Positions 1 to 9,809 of a stretch of 64,000 bases of DNA are shown one piece after another; positions within the stretch are counted from its first letter, which is position 1; the number at the start of each line of letters is the position of its first letter. The DNA lies in assembly GCA_964411255.1 (NCBI GenBank), contig CAYPKD010000002.1, positions 98,141 through 162,140 of the forward strand, read 5' to 3'. The notes below the pieces were generated by a model. The model did not search any database. It saw only the letters and a list, made by a program, of their open reading frames with translations, and was not told where the DNA came from. Both the position numbers and the translations under genes were made by a program. Source of the DNA: an uncultured Gammaproteobacteria bacterium. Lineage in GTDB: Bacteria; Patescibacteriota; Patescibacteriia; UBA11705; DATKZF01.

Positions 1-72
1 GTCTTTTATTTGACAATAATTTTGTTAAATGATAAGTTAATCTGAACTTCTTGCCACATAAGGAGGGGAAAG

Positions 73-549
73 ATGGAAACAGTGGTTGCTAAGATAAGTC
101 AGATAGCGGTTGAATCTTTAGAAGCAGCAAGAGAGGTATATAGAGTAACAAAGTCTATGCTATTGTTTCGAAAAATGGTCAATGAAGCTCATCGAAAAAT
201 TGTTTCGCCCAAGAAAAGAAATTTTATTGGAAGATACATTTACAACATCAGGGGATTGCTTTCTTTTCTGAACGCCAATAATTTAATTGCCGCTTTTCAG
301 GTAGGACAAAGTATGAACACTCATGATAGACGCCTAACTGAAATACTGAAGGATAATGATGATTTACGAAGACAGCTGGAGCAGAGTGAAGAGCTTAGGC
401 TTAAATTCTGGAATGAATTGTCACAGCCGGCATTTTTTAGACAAATATTTAAAGGATTTATTAAATTTGAATGTTTGTCTCGAGAAGAGGAAAAAAAGGC
501 AATGCAAAGATTAAACTTTTTTACAGAACAAATTTTTCATAACTGCTAA
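73..549 (+). CDS. hypothetical protein
   Basis: 158-aa ORF with strong SD (AGGAGGGG, 61-68) and TTGACA at 10-15; no recognisable motif. Confidence 0.7.
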   Translation: METVVAKISQIAVESLEAAREVYRVTKSMLLFRKMVNEAHRKIVSPKKRNFIGRYIYNIRGLLSFLNANNLIAAFQVGQSMNTHDRRLTEILKDNDDLRRQLEQSEELRLKFWNELSQPAFFRQIFKGFIKFECLSREEEKKAMQRLNFFTEQIFHNC

Positions 550-596
550 CACTTTAGCGGTTTTTTAATTAAAAAACACTGATTATGAATCAGTGC

Positions 597-1685
597 TTAT
601 TGATTTATCATTTTTTCCATACGTCTAATCCTTCTTTCAGTTGACGGATGGTCTGTCCAAAGAAACATCGATGAATTTTCTGTCGGAGTTTTTGAGCCTA
701 GAAAACTGTGTATCTTTAAAAGACCAGAAATGCTGGCTTGTGGATTACTAGCATTTTTAACTGAGAATTTATCTGCTTTATATTCCTGTTTTCTACAAAT
801 AGCATTTAAGATATGCCCTGTGAAAAATCCAAAAATTTTACGAACCGCTAGAATTAGAGGTATCCAGATTACAATGTCAGTGTTATAAATCCAGCTGACA
901 TTGAAGAGAGTCCCTGCTACCCAAAGGATAAAGAACCAACTGGCTATCATAAATGTGATTCCAATCGCAGATCGTAAATAATGATCATATCTTTTTACAT
1001 GACCAATTTCATGCATAATAGATGCCTCCAATTCATCATCTGACATAATTTCAGCTAATTTTGAATGTATTAATAAAGATTTCCCACTTACTGCGAGAGG
1101 AATGTCTGCTTTGCTTGAGTCATATACATTGGCAAAATAAAATGATGTCTTTTCAAGAATATTATCAAGTACATTGTTTAGCTTTGATTTATCAAGAATA
1201 TTTTTTTTATAAAATGTTGATCTGATCAGTTTATTATGTAGAAGAATAATGCCAGTATTTATTGCTAATATTGGCAGCCACCAATTTGACTGGAAAAGCT
1301 TAACAAATAATAGGAAAAAAGCTGACAAACAGAATAGAAAGATTATTATCATAAGAAATGTTCCCAATATTTTAAATAATATTGGTGACCAATATTTTCT
1401 AATATTACTAAGTTTAAAATCATCATCATCTGATAATAATGCCATTGCTATGGCTCCTGGGAAAAAAAGAACTGAAAGAACAAAGGCCATCATAAAACTG
1501 GCCCAGGCCCAATGGCTATCATTTGTTATCATAGAATATAGATAGGTCTGAGCAATGTTGGTGACATAAAGAAGAAAAATCACAACTGCTAATCCATATT
1601 CAAAGAGCATTTGCCCAAAAAGCAAATAGATTCTATTTTTTGATTTATCTTCCTTGTTATTCAATGAATGTATCTGACTAACCAT
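597..1685 (-). CDS. M48 family (Ste24/HtpX-like) membrane zinc metalloprotease
   Basis: Multiple TM segments, HEIGH zinc motif, downstream EYKAD and HPSTERRI motifs. Confidence 0.88.
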   Translation of the reverse strand: MVSQIHSLNNKEDKSKNRIYLLFGQMLFEYGLAVVIFLLYVTNIAQTYLYSMITNDSHWAWASFMMAFVLSVLFFPGAIAMALLSDDDDFKLSNIRKYWSPILFKILGTFLMIIIFLFCLSAFFLLFVKLFQSNWWLPILAINTGIILLHNKLIRSTFYKKNILDKSKLNNVLDNILEKTSFYFANVYDSSKADIPLAVSGKSLLIHSKLAEIMSDDELEASIMHEIGHVKRYDHYLRSAIGITFMIASWFFILWVAGTLFNVSWIYNTDIVIWIPLILAVRKIFGFFTGHILNAICRKQEYKADKFSVKNASNPQASISGLLKIHSFLGSKTPTENSSMFLWTDHPSTERRIRRMEKMINQ

Positions 1686-2014
1686 TTTGCCCCCTTTTCA
1701 CCTTATTCAGGTGCGATTTTCAAAGAACTGAATTATTGTATCTTAAATAATTTTATAATTTATGTCAATAAGAAAAGCAATTTTTATATATGAAATTATT
1801 GCCTTTTTTTGCCTCTTCAAGTCTTGTTAAGCCTTATTTTTATATTTATCCCCTTTGTTTTAGCCAAATATTTGACAAAGTTTTATAAAAAGTATAGTAT
1901 TTATATGCAAATGTAAAATATATTATATTAAAATATCCCATAGTTAAGCTTAATTTAGGGTTGACTTATTTTTAATATTCTATATAATTAAATTACATTT
2001 TTAAATTATTATTC

Positions 2015-2233
2015 ATGGGAAAGAAAAATGATTTTATTGAGATGAAGGGAATAGTTGAAGAGACTCTGCCATCAACGATGTTTAAAGTTCGTTTAGAAAA
2101 TGGTCATGAAATTTTAGCTCATCTTTCAGGTAAAATGAGAATGCATCGTATTCGATTGTTACCAGGCGATGAGGTGAAAGTACAGCTAACCCCTTACGAT
2201 CTTAGTAAAGGTAGAATCGTTTATCGATTCTAA
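2015..2233 (+). CDS. infA: translation initiation factor IF-1
   Basis: [28 protein letters not shown] signature. Confidence 0.98.
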   Translation: MGKKNDFIEMKGIVEETLPSTMFKVRLENGHEILAHLSGKMRMHRIRLLPGDEVKVQLTPYDLSKGRIVYRF

Positions 2234-2251
2234 ATTTTTATACTAAAATTT

Positions 2252-2365
2252 ATGAAAGTTAGAGCATCAGTCAAGAAAATTTGCAAGGACTGTAAGATTG
2301 TTGTTCGTCAAAGACGAGTTCATGTAATTTGTAAAAATCCTAAACATAAACAAAGGCAAGGATAA
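2252..2365 (+). CDS. rpmJ: 50S ribosomal protein L36
   Basis: Read by hand, not in ORF track: [37 protein letters not shown]. Confidence 0.97.
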   Translation: MKVRASVKKICKDCKIVVRQRRVHVICKNPKHKQRQG

Positions 2366-2445
2366 TTTTTAGATTTGTAGATCGGTAGCATTTAGATCAG
2401 TAGGAACTACGAATCTACCAATCTACAATTTACCAACCTAAACCT

Positions 2446-2835
2446 ATGGCCCGAATAGCAGGCATAACAATTCCAAAAGATAAAAGAGTCGAAGTGGCAT
2501 TGACTTATATTTATGGTATTGGCAGAAAAACTTCAGACATTATTTTAAGTGCTGCAAAGATTGATCCTGGCACCAGAGTAAAGGATTTAACAGATAACCA
2601 GGTAAATACGCTTCGGGAAGTTATTGAAAAACAATATAAAGTGGAAGGGGATTTGAAAAGAGAAAAAATTTCAAATATCAAAAGATATAAAGATATTAAA
2701 TGTTATCGCGGAATCAGACACATGAGAGGCCTGCCATCAAGAGGTCAGCGGACAAAGACAAATAGCCGTTCTGTCCGTGGAAATAAGAGAGTAACCATGG
2801 GAAGCGGTCGAAGGCAAGCAGCTCAAAAAACGTAA
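2446..2835 (+). CDS. rpsM: 30S ribosomal protein S13
   Basis: [30 protein letters not shown]. Confidence 0.98.
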   Translation: MARIAGITIPKDKRVEVALTYIYGIGRKTSDIILSAAKIDPGTRVKDLTDNQVNTLREVIEKQYKVEGDLKREKISNIKRYKDIKCYRGIRHMRGLPSRGQRTKTNSRSVRGNKRVTMGSGRRQAAQKT

Positions 2836-2912
2836 TCAGGTTACGGAATTACGGATTTGTTACGGATATTACGGAAATATGTAGTAAATCTGATAGTTCA
2901 GTTTAATCAAAT

Positions 2913-3305
2913 ATGGTAAATAATGCAGTAAAATCTAAAAAGAAAAAAATAACTAAACAGGTTTCGCTTGGTCGTGCTTATATTAAAGCAACATATAATA
3001 ATACAATCGTCACTTTAACTGATCAAAATGGAAATGTATTAGCCTGGTCATCTGCAGGCATAAACGGTTTTCGGGGGCCAAAGAAAGCAACTCCATTTGC
3101 TGCTTCAATTATTGTAAAAGATGCGGTAGAAAAAGCGAAATCATACGGATTGCGAGACGTTAATGTATTTGTTAAAGGAGTTGGTTTAGGGAGAGATTCT
3201 GCTATCCGAGGCTTAAATGCTAATGGATTAAATGTTTTAACAATAAAGGATGTAACGCCTATTCCGCATAATGGCTGTCGCAGACGTAAACCAAGAAGGG
3301 TATAA
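2913..3305 (+). CDS. rpsK: 30S ribosomal protein S11
   Basis: [28 protein letters not shown]. Confidence 0.98.
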   Translation: MVNNAVKSKKKKITKQVSLGRAYIKATYNNTIVTLTDQNGNVLAWSSAGINGFRGPKKATPFAASIIVKDAVEKAKSYGLRDVNVFVKGVGLGRDSAIRGLNANGLNVLTIKDVTPIPHNGCRRRKPRRV

Positions 3306-3307
3306 AT

Positions 3308-3937
3308 ATGGCAGTAAGACAAACATGTAAATTATGTCGGAGGGAAGGCAAAAAGCTTTTTTTGAAAGGCGAGCGTTGTAATACCACAAAGTGTGCTTTA
3401 ATAAAAAGAAATTATGCACCTGGAGCTCATGGGCCAAAACAGGGTATTTCCCGTAGAATGTCAGTGTTTGGCAGACAGCTTCGAGAAAAACAATCAGCGA
3501 AAAGAATTTATAATATTAAGGAGAAAAATTTAGTTAGATATTTTAAAAAGGCATCTGCCAAAGTAGGGAATACAGAAGACAATTTATACCGTTTATTAGA
3601 AACCAGACTGGATAATGTAGTTTTTCGGTTGGGTTTTGCCAAATCCAGAAGACAAGCCCGGCAATATGTCAGTCACGGACATATGCAGATAAATGATAAA
3701 AAGGTTGATATCCCTTCATACGCAGTCAGAATTAATGATGAAATTACCATAAAGCCAAAGAGTAAAGAGATGGTAATATTTAAAAATTTAGCTGAGAAAT
3801 TAAAGGACCAGGAAGTGCCTGATTGGTTGTTTTTAGATCCTAAACAGCTGAGTGGAAAAGTAGTAGGTTTGCCACAGCTTGGAAAGGCAGCCTTAGAGTT
3901 TGATATGAAACAAATAATCGAATTTTATTCAAGATAA
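3308..3937 (+). CDS. rpsD: 30S ribosomal protein S4
   Basis: CKLCRREG..QLREKQ..LETRLDNVVFRLG..ARQYVSHGH..IIEFYSR. Confidence 0.98.
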   Translation: MAVRQTCKLCRREGKKLFLKGERCNTTKCALIKRNYAPGAHGPKQGISRRMSVFGRQLREKQSAKRIYNIKEKNLVRYFKKASAKVGNTEDNLYRLLETRLDNVVFRLGFAKSRRQARQYVSHGHMQINDKKVDIPSYAVRINDEITIKPKSKEMVIFKNLAEKLKDQEVPDWLFLDPKQLSGKVVGLPQLGKAALEFDMKQIIEFYSR

Positions 3938-3994
3938 TAAATAAACGAGGAGGTAGAAGGAAGAAGAATTTTTCTTTCCCTTCTAAAAAACAAT

Positions 3995-4843
3995 ATGGAA
4001 CCATTATTACTACCTTCTAAAATTCAATATGAAGAAGGACCTGAGGAAAATCAGGCAACCTTGACTATAGAGCCAATGTATATGGGGTATGGCATAACAG
4101 TTGGTAATGCTTTACGAAGAGTCTTGTTATCATCACTTACTGGAGCGGCTGCTACGGCAGTAAAAATTAAAGGAGTTGATCAGGAATTTTCCTCTATTCC
4201 GAAAGTTAAAGAAAATGCTCTTGAGGTTTGTTTGAATTTGAAATTACTTCGATTAAAAGTCTTTACTGAAGATCCTCAAAAGCTAAAATTAAAAGCTAAA
4301 GGCAAAAAAATAGTTACTGCAGCTGATATTGAAAAAAATGCTGATGTTGAAATCGTTAATCCAGAGCTTGAAATTGCTACGTTGACAGACAAAAATGCAG
4401 AAATAGAGATGGACATTACTGTTAGCCAGGGCAGAGGATATTCAGCGACTGAAGAAAGAAAAAAAGAGGATTTAGAAATCGGTACCATTTTAATTGATGC
4501 TTTGTTTTCTCCTGTAAAAAATGTCGGATTTAAAAGAGAAGATGTTCGTGTTGGTGAAATTACAAATTACGACAAATTGGTAATGACCATTGAAACTGAC
4601 GGCACTTTGATGCCAAAGGAAGTAGTAAAGCAAGCTTCTCAAATTTTAATTGACCATTTAAATTTATTGGTAGGTGAAAAAAAAGAGATAGAAATTGAAG
4701 AAGTTAAAAAAGAAGATGTAAAGAAAGAAAAAGAAGAGGCGCCCAAGAAAAATATAAAAGAATCTAAGAAAGAATCTAAAAAAAAGGAAAAGGAAAATAA
4801 AAAGAAAGCAAAAGCAGAGAAAAAGGAAGCAAAGAAAAAATAA
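3995..4843 (+). CDS. rpoA: RNA polymerase alpha subunit (NTD only; CTD replaced by Lys/Glu-rich tail)
   Basis: EPMYMGYGITVGNALRRVLLSSL, GRGY, IDALFSPV, YDKLVMTIETDG; alpha-operon position. Confidence 0.96.
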   Translation: MEPLLLPSKIQYEEGPEENQATLTIEPMYMGYGITVGNALRRVLLSSLTGAAATAVKIKGVDQEFSSIPKVKENALEVCLNLKLLRLKVFTEDPQKLKLKAKGKKIVTAADIEKNADVEIVNPELEIATLTDKNAEIEMDITVSQGRGYSATEERKKEDLEIGTILIDALFSPVKNVGFKREDVRVGEITNYDKLVMTIETDGTLMPKEVVKQASQILIDHLNLLVGEKKEIEIEEVKKEDVKKEKEEAPKKNIKESKKESKKKEKENKKKAKAEKKEAKKK

Positions 4844-4846
4844 TTT

Positions 4847-5266
4847 ATGAGACATAGAAAAAAAGGAAAAACGTTAGGCAGGAAAGCAGGACCTCGCAAG
4901 GCAATGATGAGAAGCTTGGCGACTAGTTTAGTAATGCATGGAAAAATCAAAACTACTGAAACAAAAGCAAAAGAATTAAGGCCGATTATAGAAAAACATA
5001 TTACTGCTGCCAGAAAAAATAATTTAGCTGTTAGACGTAAATTATTGGGCTACTATTACAAGGAATCTGCAGTGAATACATTATTAGAAGAACTGGGCCC
5101 ATTATACAGTAAAAGAAAGGGCGGCTATACCAGGATTATTAAAGCTGGTACTCGTCAGGGCGATGCTGCCAGAATGGCCTTAATTGAATTAATCGATTAT
5201 AAAAAGAAAAAAGTGGAGAAAAAGGATGCTGTTAAAAAAAATGATAGTAAAGAAAAGAAAAAGTAA
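4847..5266 (+). CDS. rplQ: 50S ribosomal protein L17
   Basis: MRHRKKG..IKTTETKAKELR..GGYTRIIK..RQGDAARMA. Confidence 0.98.
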   Translation: MRHRKKGKTLGRKAGPRKAMMRSLATSLVMHGKIKTTETKAKELRPIIEKHITAARKNNLAVRRKLLGYYYKESAVNTLLEELGPLYSKRKGGYTRIIKAGTRQGDAARMALIELIDYKKKKVEKKDAVKKNDSKEKKK

Positions 5267-5368
5267 CAACGGATCAACGGATAGCAACAGATACAACGGA
5301 AACTAGGTTATATAAGTTATATGTATTGTATCTGTAACATCTGTAGTAGATCTGTATATTTCGTAAAT

Positions 5369-5731
5369 ATGCCAAAAGCAATAATAAGAAAAATTCATAA
5401 AATCGACGCAACTGATAAAGTTCTTGGAAGACTAGCCTCCGAGATTGCTGTTTTATTGCGCGGCAAGCATAAAGTGGATTTTCAGCCAAATCAGGATAGA
5501 GGAGATATTGTGGAAGTGAGTAACGCTGGGGAAATGAAATTTACAGGGAGAAAACTTGAACAAAAAAAATACCATCATCATTCAGGTTATCCAGGCGGAA
5601 TAAAGGAAGAGTCTTTGAGTGATTTAATAAAAGATAATCCTGAAAAAGTGTTAAAAAACGCAGTAGTCCATATGCTACCTAATAATAAATTAAGATCAGA
5701 GATGATTAAGCGACTTCGAATACATACATAG
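5369..5731 (+). CDS. rplM: 50S ribosomal protein L13
   Basis: IDATDKVLGRLAS..LRGKHK..HSGYPGG..MLP; start moved to ATG 5369. Confidence 0.96.
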   Translation: MPKAIIRKIHKIDATDKVLGRLASEIAVLLRGKHKVDFQPNQDRGDIVEVSNAGEMKFTGRKLEQKKYHHHSGYPGGIKEESLSDLIKDNPEKVLKNAVVHMLPNNKLRSEMIKRLRIHT

Positions 5732-5733
5732 AT

Positions 5734-6300
5734 ATGCCAAAGAAAATCACAAAAACCGAAAAGACGAAAAAGCCAGCTCCAAAAAAGAAAGCTGAGGTTA
5801 AGGCTGTGAAGAAAATAAGCAAGGCAGTTAAGCCTGAAGAGAAGAAAGAATCATCCTTAGTTAAAGCTTCGGAAAAAAAGAAACCAGAAGAAAAGAAAGC
5901 TGATAAAAAGAATGAATATTTATATGCGGTCGGTAAACGAAAATCCGCTATTGCCAGAGTGAGGGTTTATAAAAAAGGAGCAGGAAAGATTGTGGTTAAT
6001 GAAAGGGATTATGAAAAAGTATTCCCCCGCGCTACATGGCAGGAAATTATTATAAAACCTTTAAAATTAATTGGTCAAAAAGATAAATTAGATGTTACTG
6101 TAAAAATTGTGGGTGGCGGTACAAAAGGCCAGGCAGAAGCGATCAGACACGGGCTTTCAAAAGCCTTGATTCAGCTTAACCCTAATTTTAGAAAACCTTT
6201 GAAAAAAGCCGGTTATTTAACTCGCGATGCAAGAAAGAAAGAAAGAAAAAAGCCTGGTTTGAAAGGTGCGCGGCGTGCACCGCAATGGAGTAAACGTTAA
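5734..6300 (+). CDS. rpsI: 30S ribosomal protein S9 with Lys-rich N-terminal extension
   Basis: GKRKSAIARV..GGGTKGQAEAIRHG..LTRDAR..ERKKPG..RRAPQWSKR. Confidence 0.98.
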   Translation: MPKKITKTEKTKKPAPKKKAEVKAVKKISKAVKPEEKKESSLVKASEKKKPEEKKADKKNEYLYAVGKRKSAIARVRVYKKGAGKIVVNERDYEKVFPRATWQEIIIKPLKLIGQKDKLDVTVKIVGGGTKGQAEAIRHGLSKALIQLNPNFRKPLKKAGYLTRDARKKERKKPGLKGARRAPQWSKR

Positions 6301-6318
6301 TTATAATTTAATTTATAT

Positions 6319-6345
6319 AAAAAAATCCCCAATCGGGGATTTTTT
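6319..6345 (+). terminator. intrinsic terminator after rpsI
   Basis: AAAAATCCCC-AATC-GGGGATTTTT hairpin plus T tract. Confidence 0.85.
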
Positions 6346-6354
6346 GTTTGGCAC

Positions 6355-6456
6355 CGGATGGGCGCAGCTGGTAACGACGAAGTCGTCGTTACCGGCCCGT
6401 AGAGACAGGTTTCGAACCTGTCTCTACAACATCCGTGCCGGATGTGCGCCCATCCG
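6355..6456. repeat. GC-rich four-way-junction palindromic element (REP-like or structured RNA)
   Basis: 12-bp closing stem CGGATGGGCGCA/TGCGCCCATCCG enclosing three hairpins. Confidence 0.7.
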
Positions 6457-6507
6457 TTGTATTCCATTGAAATTTCAGAGAAATTTTGATACAATTGATT
6501 TATATTT

Positions 6508-7956
6508 ATGCCAAATGTAATTGCCAAGAACACAACTTATTTGACATTTGCCTACATATTACAGAAAGTAATATCCTTTTTTTATTTTATTTTTATTGCC
6601 AGAATGCTGGGAGTGGATGATGTGGGCAAATATACTTTTGCTATCAGTTTCACCACCTTATCTGCTGTATTTATTGATTGGGGATTGAGCCAGATATTAA
6701 TTCGAGAATCTGCAAAATACAAGGAAAAGGCTCAGGATTATCTTTCTGCAACCTTAACATTTCGATTAATTGCCTCAGCAGTAGTTTATTTATTGGTCTT
6801 TATTGGCATTGGTTTTTTTGTAAATTTATCCGGCTATGATCCAATTACTAAGCAATTAGTGTATTTATCAGGAATTGTCATGATTTTGGATTCATTTACC
6901 TTGGGATTTTGGAGCATGTTTCGAGGTTTTCAAAATTTAAAATACGAAGCAATAGCGGTTGTGGTAAATCAGATTATTGTAATTTCTGTTGGATCTATTG
7001 CCTTATTTCTTGGTTTGCCATTGCATTTTTTAATAATAGCATATGTCGTTGGCTCATTGTTTAATGTATTTTTTTCAGGTATTTCAGTTAAGAAAAAGCT
7101 GAATTTAAGCTTAACATTTAAGGTAGATAAAAAATTAATTTGGTTTTTACTGAAATTATCTTTCCCCTTTGCCTTATTGGCAATTTTTGGAAGAATTTAT
7201 GGATATGTTGACCAGGTGCTTTTATATTTTTTATCAGGTGAAAAGGAAATTGCCTGGTATACAGCTTCTTATAAAATGATTTTTGCCCTGCAGTTTATTC
7301 CATCAGCTTTTGCCGCTGCAATTTTCCCAGCCATGAGCTCTTATTTTATAAGATCGCATGAAAAATTAAAAGATTTGTTTGACAAGTCAATGGCATATCT
7401 TACTGTTCTGGCCGTACCAATGATGTTTGGCCTGGCCAGCTTGGCTGACAGAATTATAAAAACCGCATATGGTGATGAATATATTCCGTCCATTATTGTA
7501 TTGCAAATATTATCCATTGGACTAATTTTTGTATTTTTAAATTTTCCTATTGGTTCATTGCTAAATGCTACTGATCGTCAAAAAACAAACACCAAATTGG
7601 TCGGACTGACGATGGTAATTAATCTAATTCTAAACTTAATTTTAATTCCAAAGTTTAATTATCTTGGCGCCTGTATTGCATTTTTGTTCAGTCATGGATT
7701 TTTATTCTTTGCTGGACTTTTTGTTGCCAGAAAAATTATTCCATACTCAAAGCGATTGCTTTTAATTACTTTTGCCAAGACAATATTAAGCGGCGGTTTA
7801 ATGTCTTTGGCAGTTGTTTTATTGAAGCCGCGGGTTCATCTTTTAATTTCGATTGGCATTGGCGCAGCAGTATATTTTATTGTAATGATTTTAACCAAGG
7901 GGCTGGACAAAAAAGATTTGATTGAATTTAAGAGGATTTTTATAAAGAAGGGCTAG
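6508..7956 (+). CDS. polysaccharide flippase (Wzx/MOP superfamily)
   Basis: IAKNT..ARMLG..GKY..DWGLS; many TM helices; AIFPAMS motif. Confidence 0.9.
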   Translation: MPNVIAKNTTYLTFAYILQKVISFFYFIFIARMLGVDDVGKYTFAISFTTLSAVFIDWGLSQILIRESAKYKEKAQDYLSATLTFRLIASAVVYLLVFIGIGFFVNLSGYDPITKQLVYLSGIVMILDSFTLGFWSMFRGFQNLKYEAIAVVVNQIIVISVGSIALFLGLPLHFLIIAYVVGSLFNVFFSGISVKKKLNLSLTFKVDKKLIWFLLKLSFPFALLAIFGRIYGYVDQVLLYFLSGEKEIAWYTASYKMIFALQFIPSAFAAAIFPAMSSYFIRSHEKLKDLFDKSMAYLTVLAVPMMFGLASLADRIIKTAYGDEYIPSIIVLQILSIGLIFVFLNFPIGSLLNATDRQKTNTKLVGLTMVINLILNLILIPKFNYLGACIAFLFSHGFLFFAGLFVARKIIPYSKRLLLITFAKTILSGGLMSLAVVLLKPRVHLLISIGIGAAVYFIVMILTKGLDKKDLIEFKRIFIKKG

Positions 7957-7974
7957 AAGAGAATTTAAATTTAT

Positions 7975-8670
7975 ATGAGCGATTTTTTGCAAATATTTGA
8001 AAATGAAAAGAAGGTTTTAGCTGCGTTTTCTCTCAGAGCAGCAGGAGATTTGAAAAATAATCCAGAAAATCAGAAAAAATTTTTTCAGCAGTTTGGCATT
8101 GATTTTAAAAAAGTTGTGTTTATGAATCAGGTGCATAGCGCATATGTTGAATATGTTGGTGGTTCAAGCAATTGGATTAAAGGAACAGATGGCATTTTCA
8201 CAGATAAAAAGGGCATTATTTTAGCTGTCAATACTGCGGACTGTTTGCCAATATTTGTTTATAGTTCAAATCCGAAATTTGTTGGCATTATTCATGGTGG
8301 ATGGAGATGTTTAACAGCAGGCATTTTGCAAATTTTTTTTAAAAAGGCAAATGAAAAATTTGATTTGGATTTTTCAAATATAAAAGCAGTTATTGGCCCA
8401 GGTATTCATTGTTGTCATTTTGAAATTAAAAAAGATGTTATAAGTAAATTTAATAAATATTCTCAATTTATTATTATAAAAAAAGATAATAAAATGTTTG
8501 TTGATCTACCAGCGATGGCAAAAGAAATCTTGACGAAGATTGGTTTATCAATGTATAATATTAAATCTGAGAAGGATTGTACTTTCTGTCAGGAAAAAAA
8601 ATATTATTCTTTCCGAAGAGAAAAGAAAGATTTGGAGGGTGAAATGTTAGGATTTATAGGTTTAATATGA
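7975..8670 (+). CDS. pgeF: YfiH/PgeF family (laccase-domain) protein
   Basis: QVHS, DGIFT, TADCLPI, HGGWR, IGPGI..CHFE, CTFC..YYSFRR. Confidence 0.9.
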   Translation: MSDFLQIFENEKKVLAAFSLRAAGDLKNNPENQKKFFQQFGIDFKKVVFMNQVHSAYVEYVGGSSNWIKGTDGIFTDKKGIILAVNTADCLPIFVYSSNPKFVGIIHGGWRCLTAGILQIFFKKANEKFDLDFSNIKAVIGPGIHCCHFEIKKDVISKFNKYSQFIIIKKDNKMFVDLPAMAKEILTKIGLSMYNIKSEKDCTFCQEKKYYSFRREKKDLEGEMLGFIGLI

Positions 8671-9809
8671 AAAAAACCTTATTAGTAACAATTGATTTTC
8701 CTCCAATGATTGGCGGAGTGGCAAATTACTGGGCTAATTTGAATAAGAATTTACCAAGTGAAGATATAGTGGTATTAGCTCCAGAATATGATGGCTCCCA
8801 TGGTTTTGACATACATCAAAATTATTTAATTTATAGAAAAAATTTGATTTCAAAAATAAAGTGGCTTTGGCCTAAATGGCTGCCGCTTCTTTATTTTATG
8901 TACAGGTTGATAAAGGCAGAAAAGGTAGAAAGAGTAATCGTCGGTCAAATATTGCCAGTGGGTACCGCAGCTTATATTTTACATAAGTTCTTGAAATTTG
9001 ATTATATAGTTTCTGCACATGGGATGGATGTAAAAACTCCGGAAGTTGGATCTAGGAAATATAAAATTATGAAAAAAGTTTTAAATAAAGCCTGCCATGT
9101 TATTTCCAATAGTCAATTTACAAAAGGCGCCATTGAAAAACTGGGTGTGCCAGCTAAAAAAATTAGCATCGTGTATCCTTGCCCAAATATTCAAGCAATT
9201 GAAATTGACCCAGTTTTGCAGGAAGATATTGTTAAGCAGTATGATCTTGAGGATAAAAAAGTTTTATTAACCGTAGGCAGATTAGTTGAAAGAAAAGGAC
9301 ACGACCGGGTGATTCAATCTTTGGTAAAAGTGGTACAAAGGTTTCCTGATTTGCGATACATCATAATTGGCAAAGGATCAAATCTTAGTAATTTAAAATA
9401 TTTGGTTAAAAGATTGAGATTAAAAAAACACGTTATATTTTTAGAAAGAGTTGATGATGACGAATTGCAAATATTTTATGATTTGGCAAATGTTTTCATA
9501 ATGACTTCTAGAGAGCTTAGCTGCGGCGATGTCGAAGGATTTGGGATTGTCTATTTAGAGGCGAATAATTTTAAAAAGCCGGTTATTGCAGGCAGAACTG
9601 GCGGAGCAATTGAAGCGGTTGAGCACGAAGTTAATGGTCTATTAGTTAATCCAGATGATTTTAGGCATATTGCCAAGGCAATAACAAAATTATTTAAACA
9701 TCGTGATTATGCGCAACAATTAGGCGAGAAAGGGTTTGAAAGAAACCAAAACCGTTTTTGCTGGCCAGTACAGGCTGAAAAATTAGAAAGAATAATATGT
9801 GCGGAATAG
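8667..9809 (+). CDS. glycosyltransferase family 4
   Basis: FPPMIGG, VGRLVERKG, EGFGIVYLEA..PVIAG..GG. Confidence 0.93.
   Translation: MKKTLLVTIDFPPMIGGVANYWANLNKNLPSEDIVVLAPEYDGSHGFDIHQNYLIYRKNLISKIKWLWPKWLPLLYFMYRLIKAEKVERVIVGQILPVGTAAYILHKFLKFDYIVSAHGMDVKTPEVGSRKYKIMKKVLNKACHVISNSQFTKGAIEKLGVPAKKISIVYPCPNIQAIEIDPVLQEDIVKQYDLEDKKVLLTVGRLVERKGHDRVIQSLVKVVQRFPDLRYIIIGKGSNLSNLKYLVKRLRLKKHVIFLERVDDDELQIFYDLANVFIMTSRELSCGDVEGFGIVYLEANNFKKPVIAGRTGGAIEAVEHEVNGLLVNPDDFRHIAKAITKLFKHRDYAQQLGEKGFERNQNRFCWPVQAEKLERIICAE

Noticed and set aside
6355-6456. tRNA
   Set aside because: Stems too long; no T-loop/D-loop consensus, anticodon loop or CCA
6266-6533. ORFs 6266-6520 (+) and 6297-6533 (-)
   Set aside because: Read through the terminator and palindromic element; no protein-like features
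9700-9797. glmS ribozyme
   Set aside because: glmS overlaps the upstream GT4 gene; there is no leader
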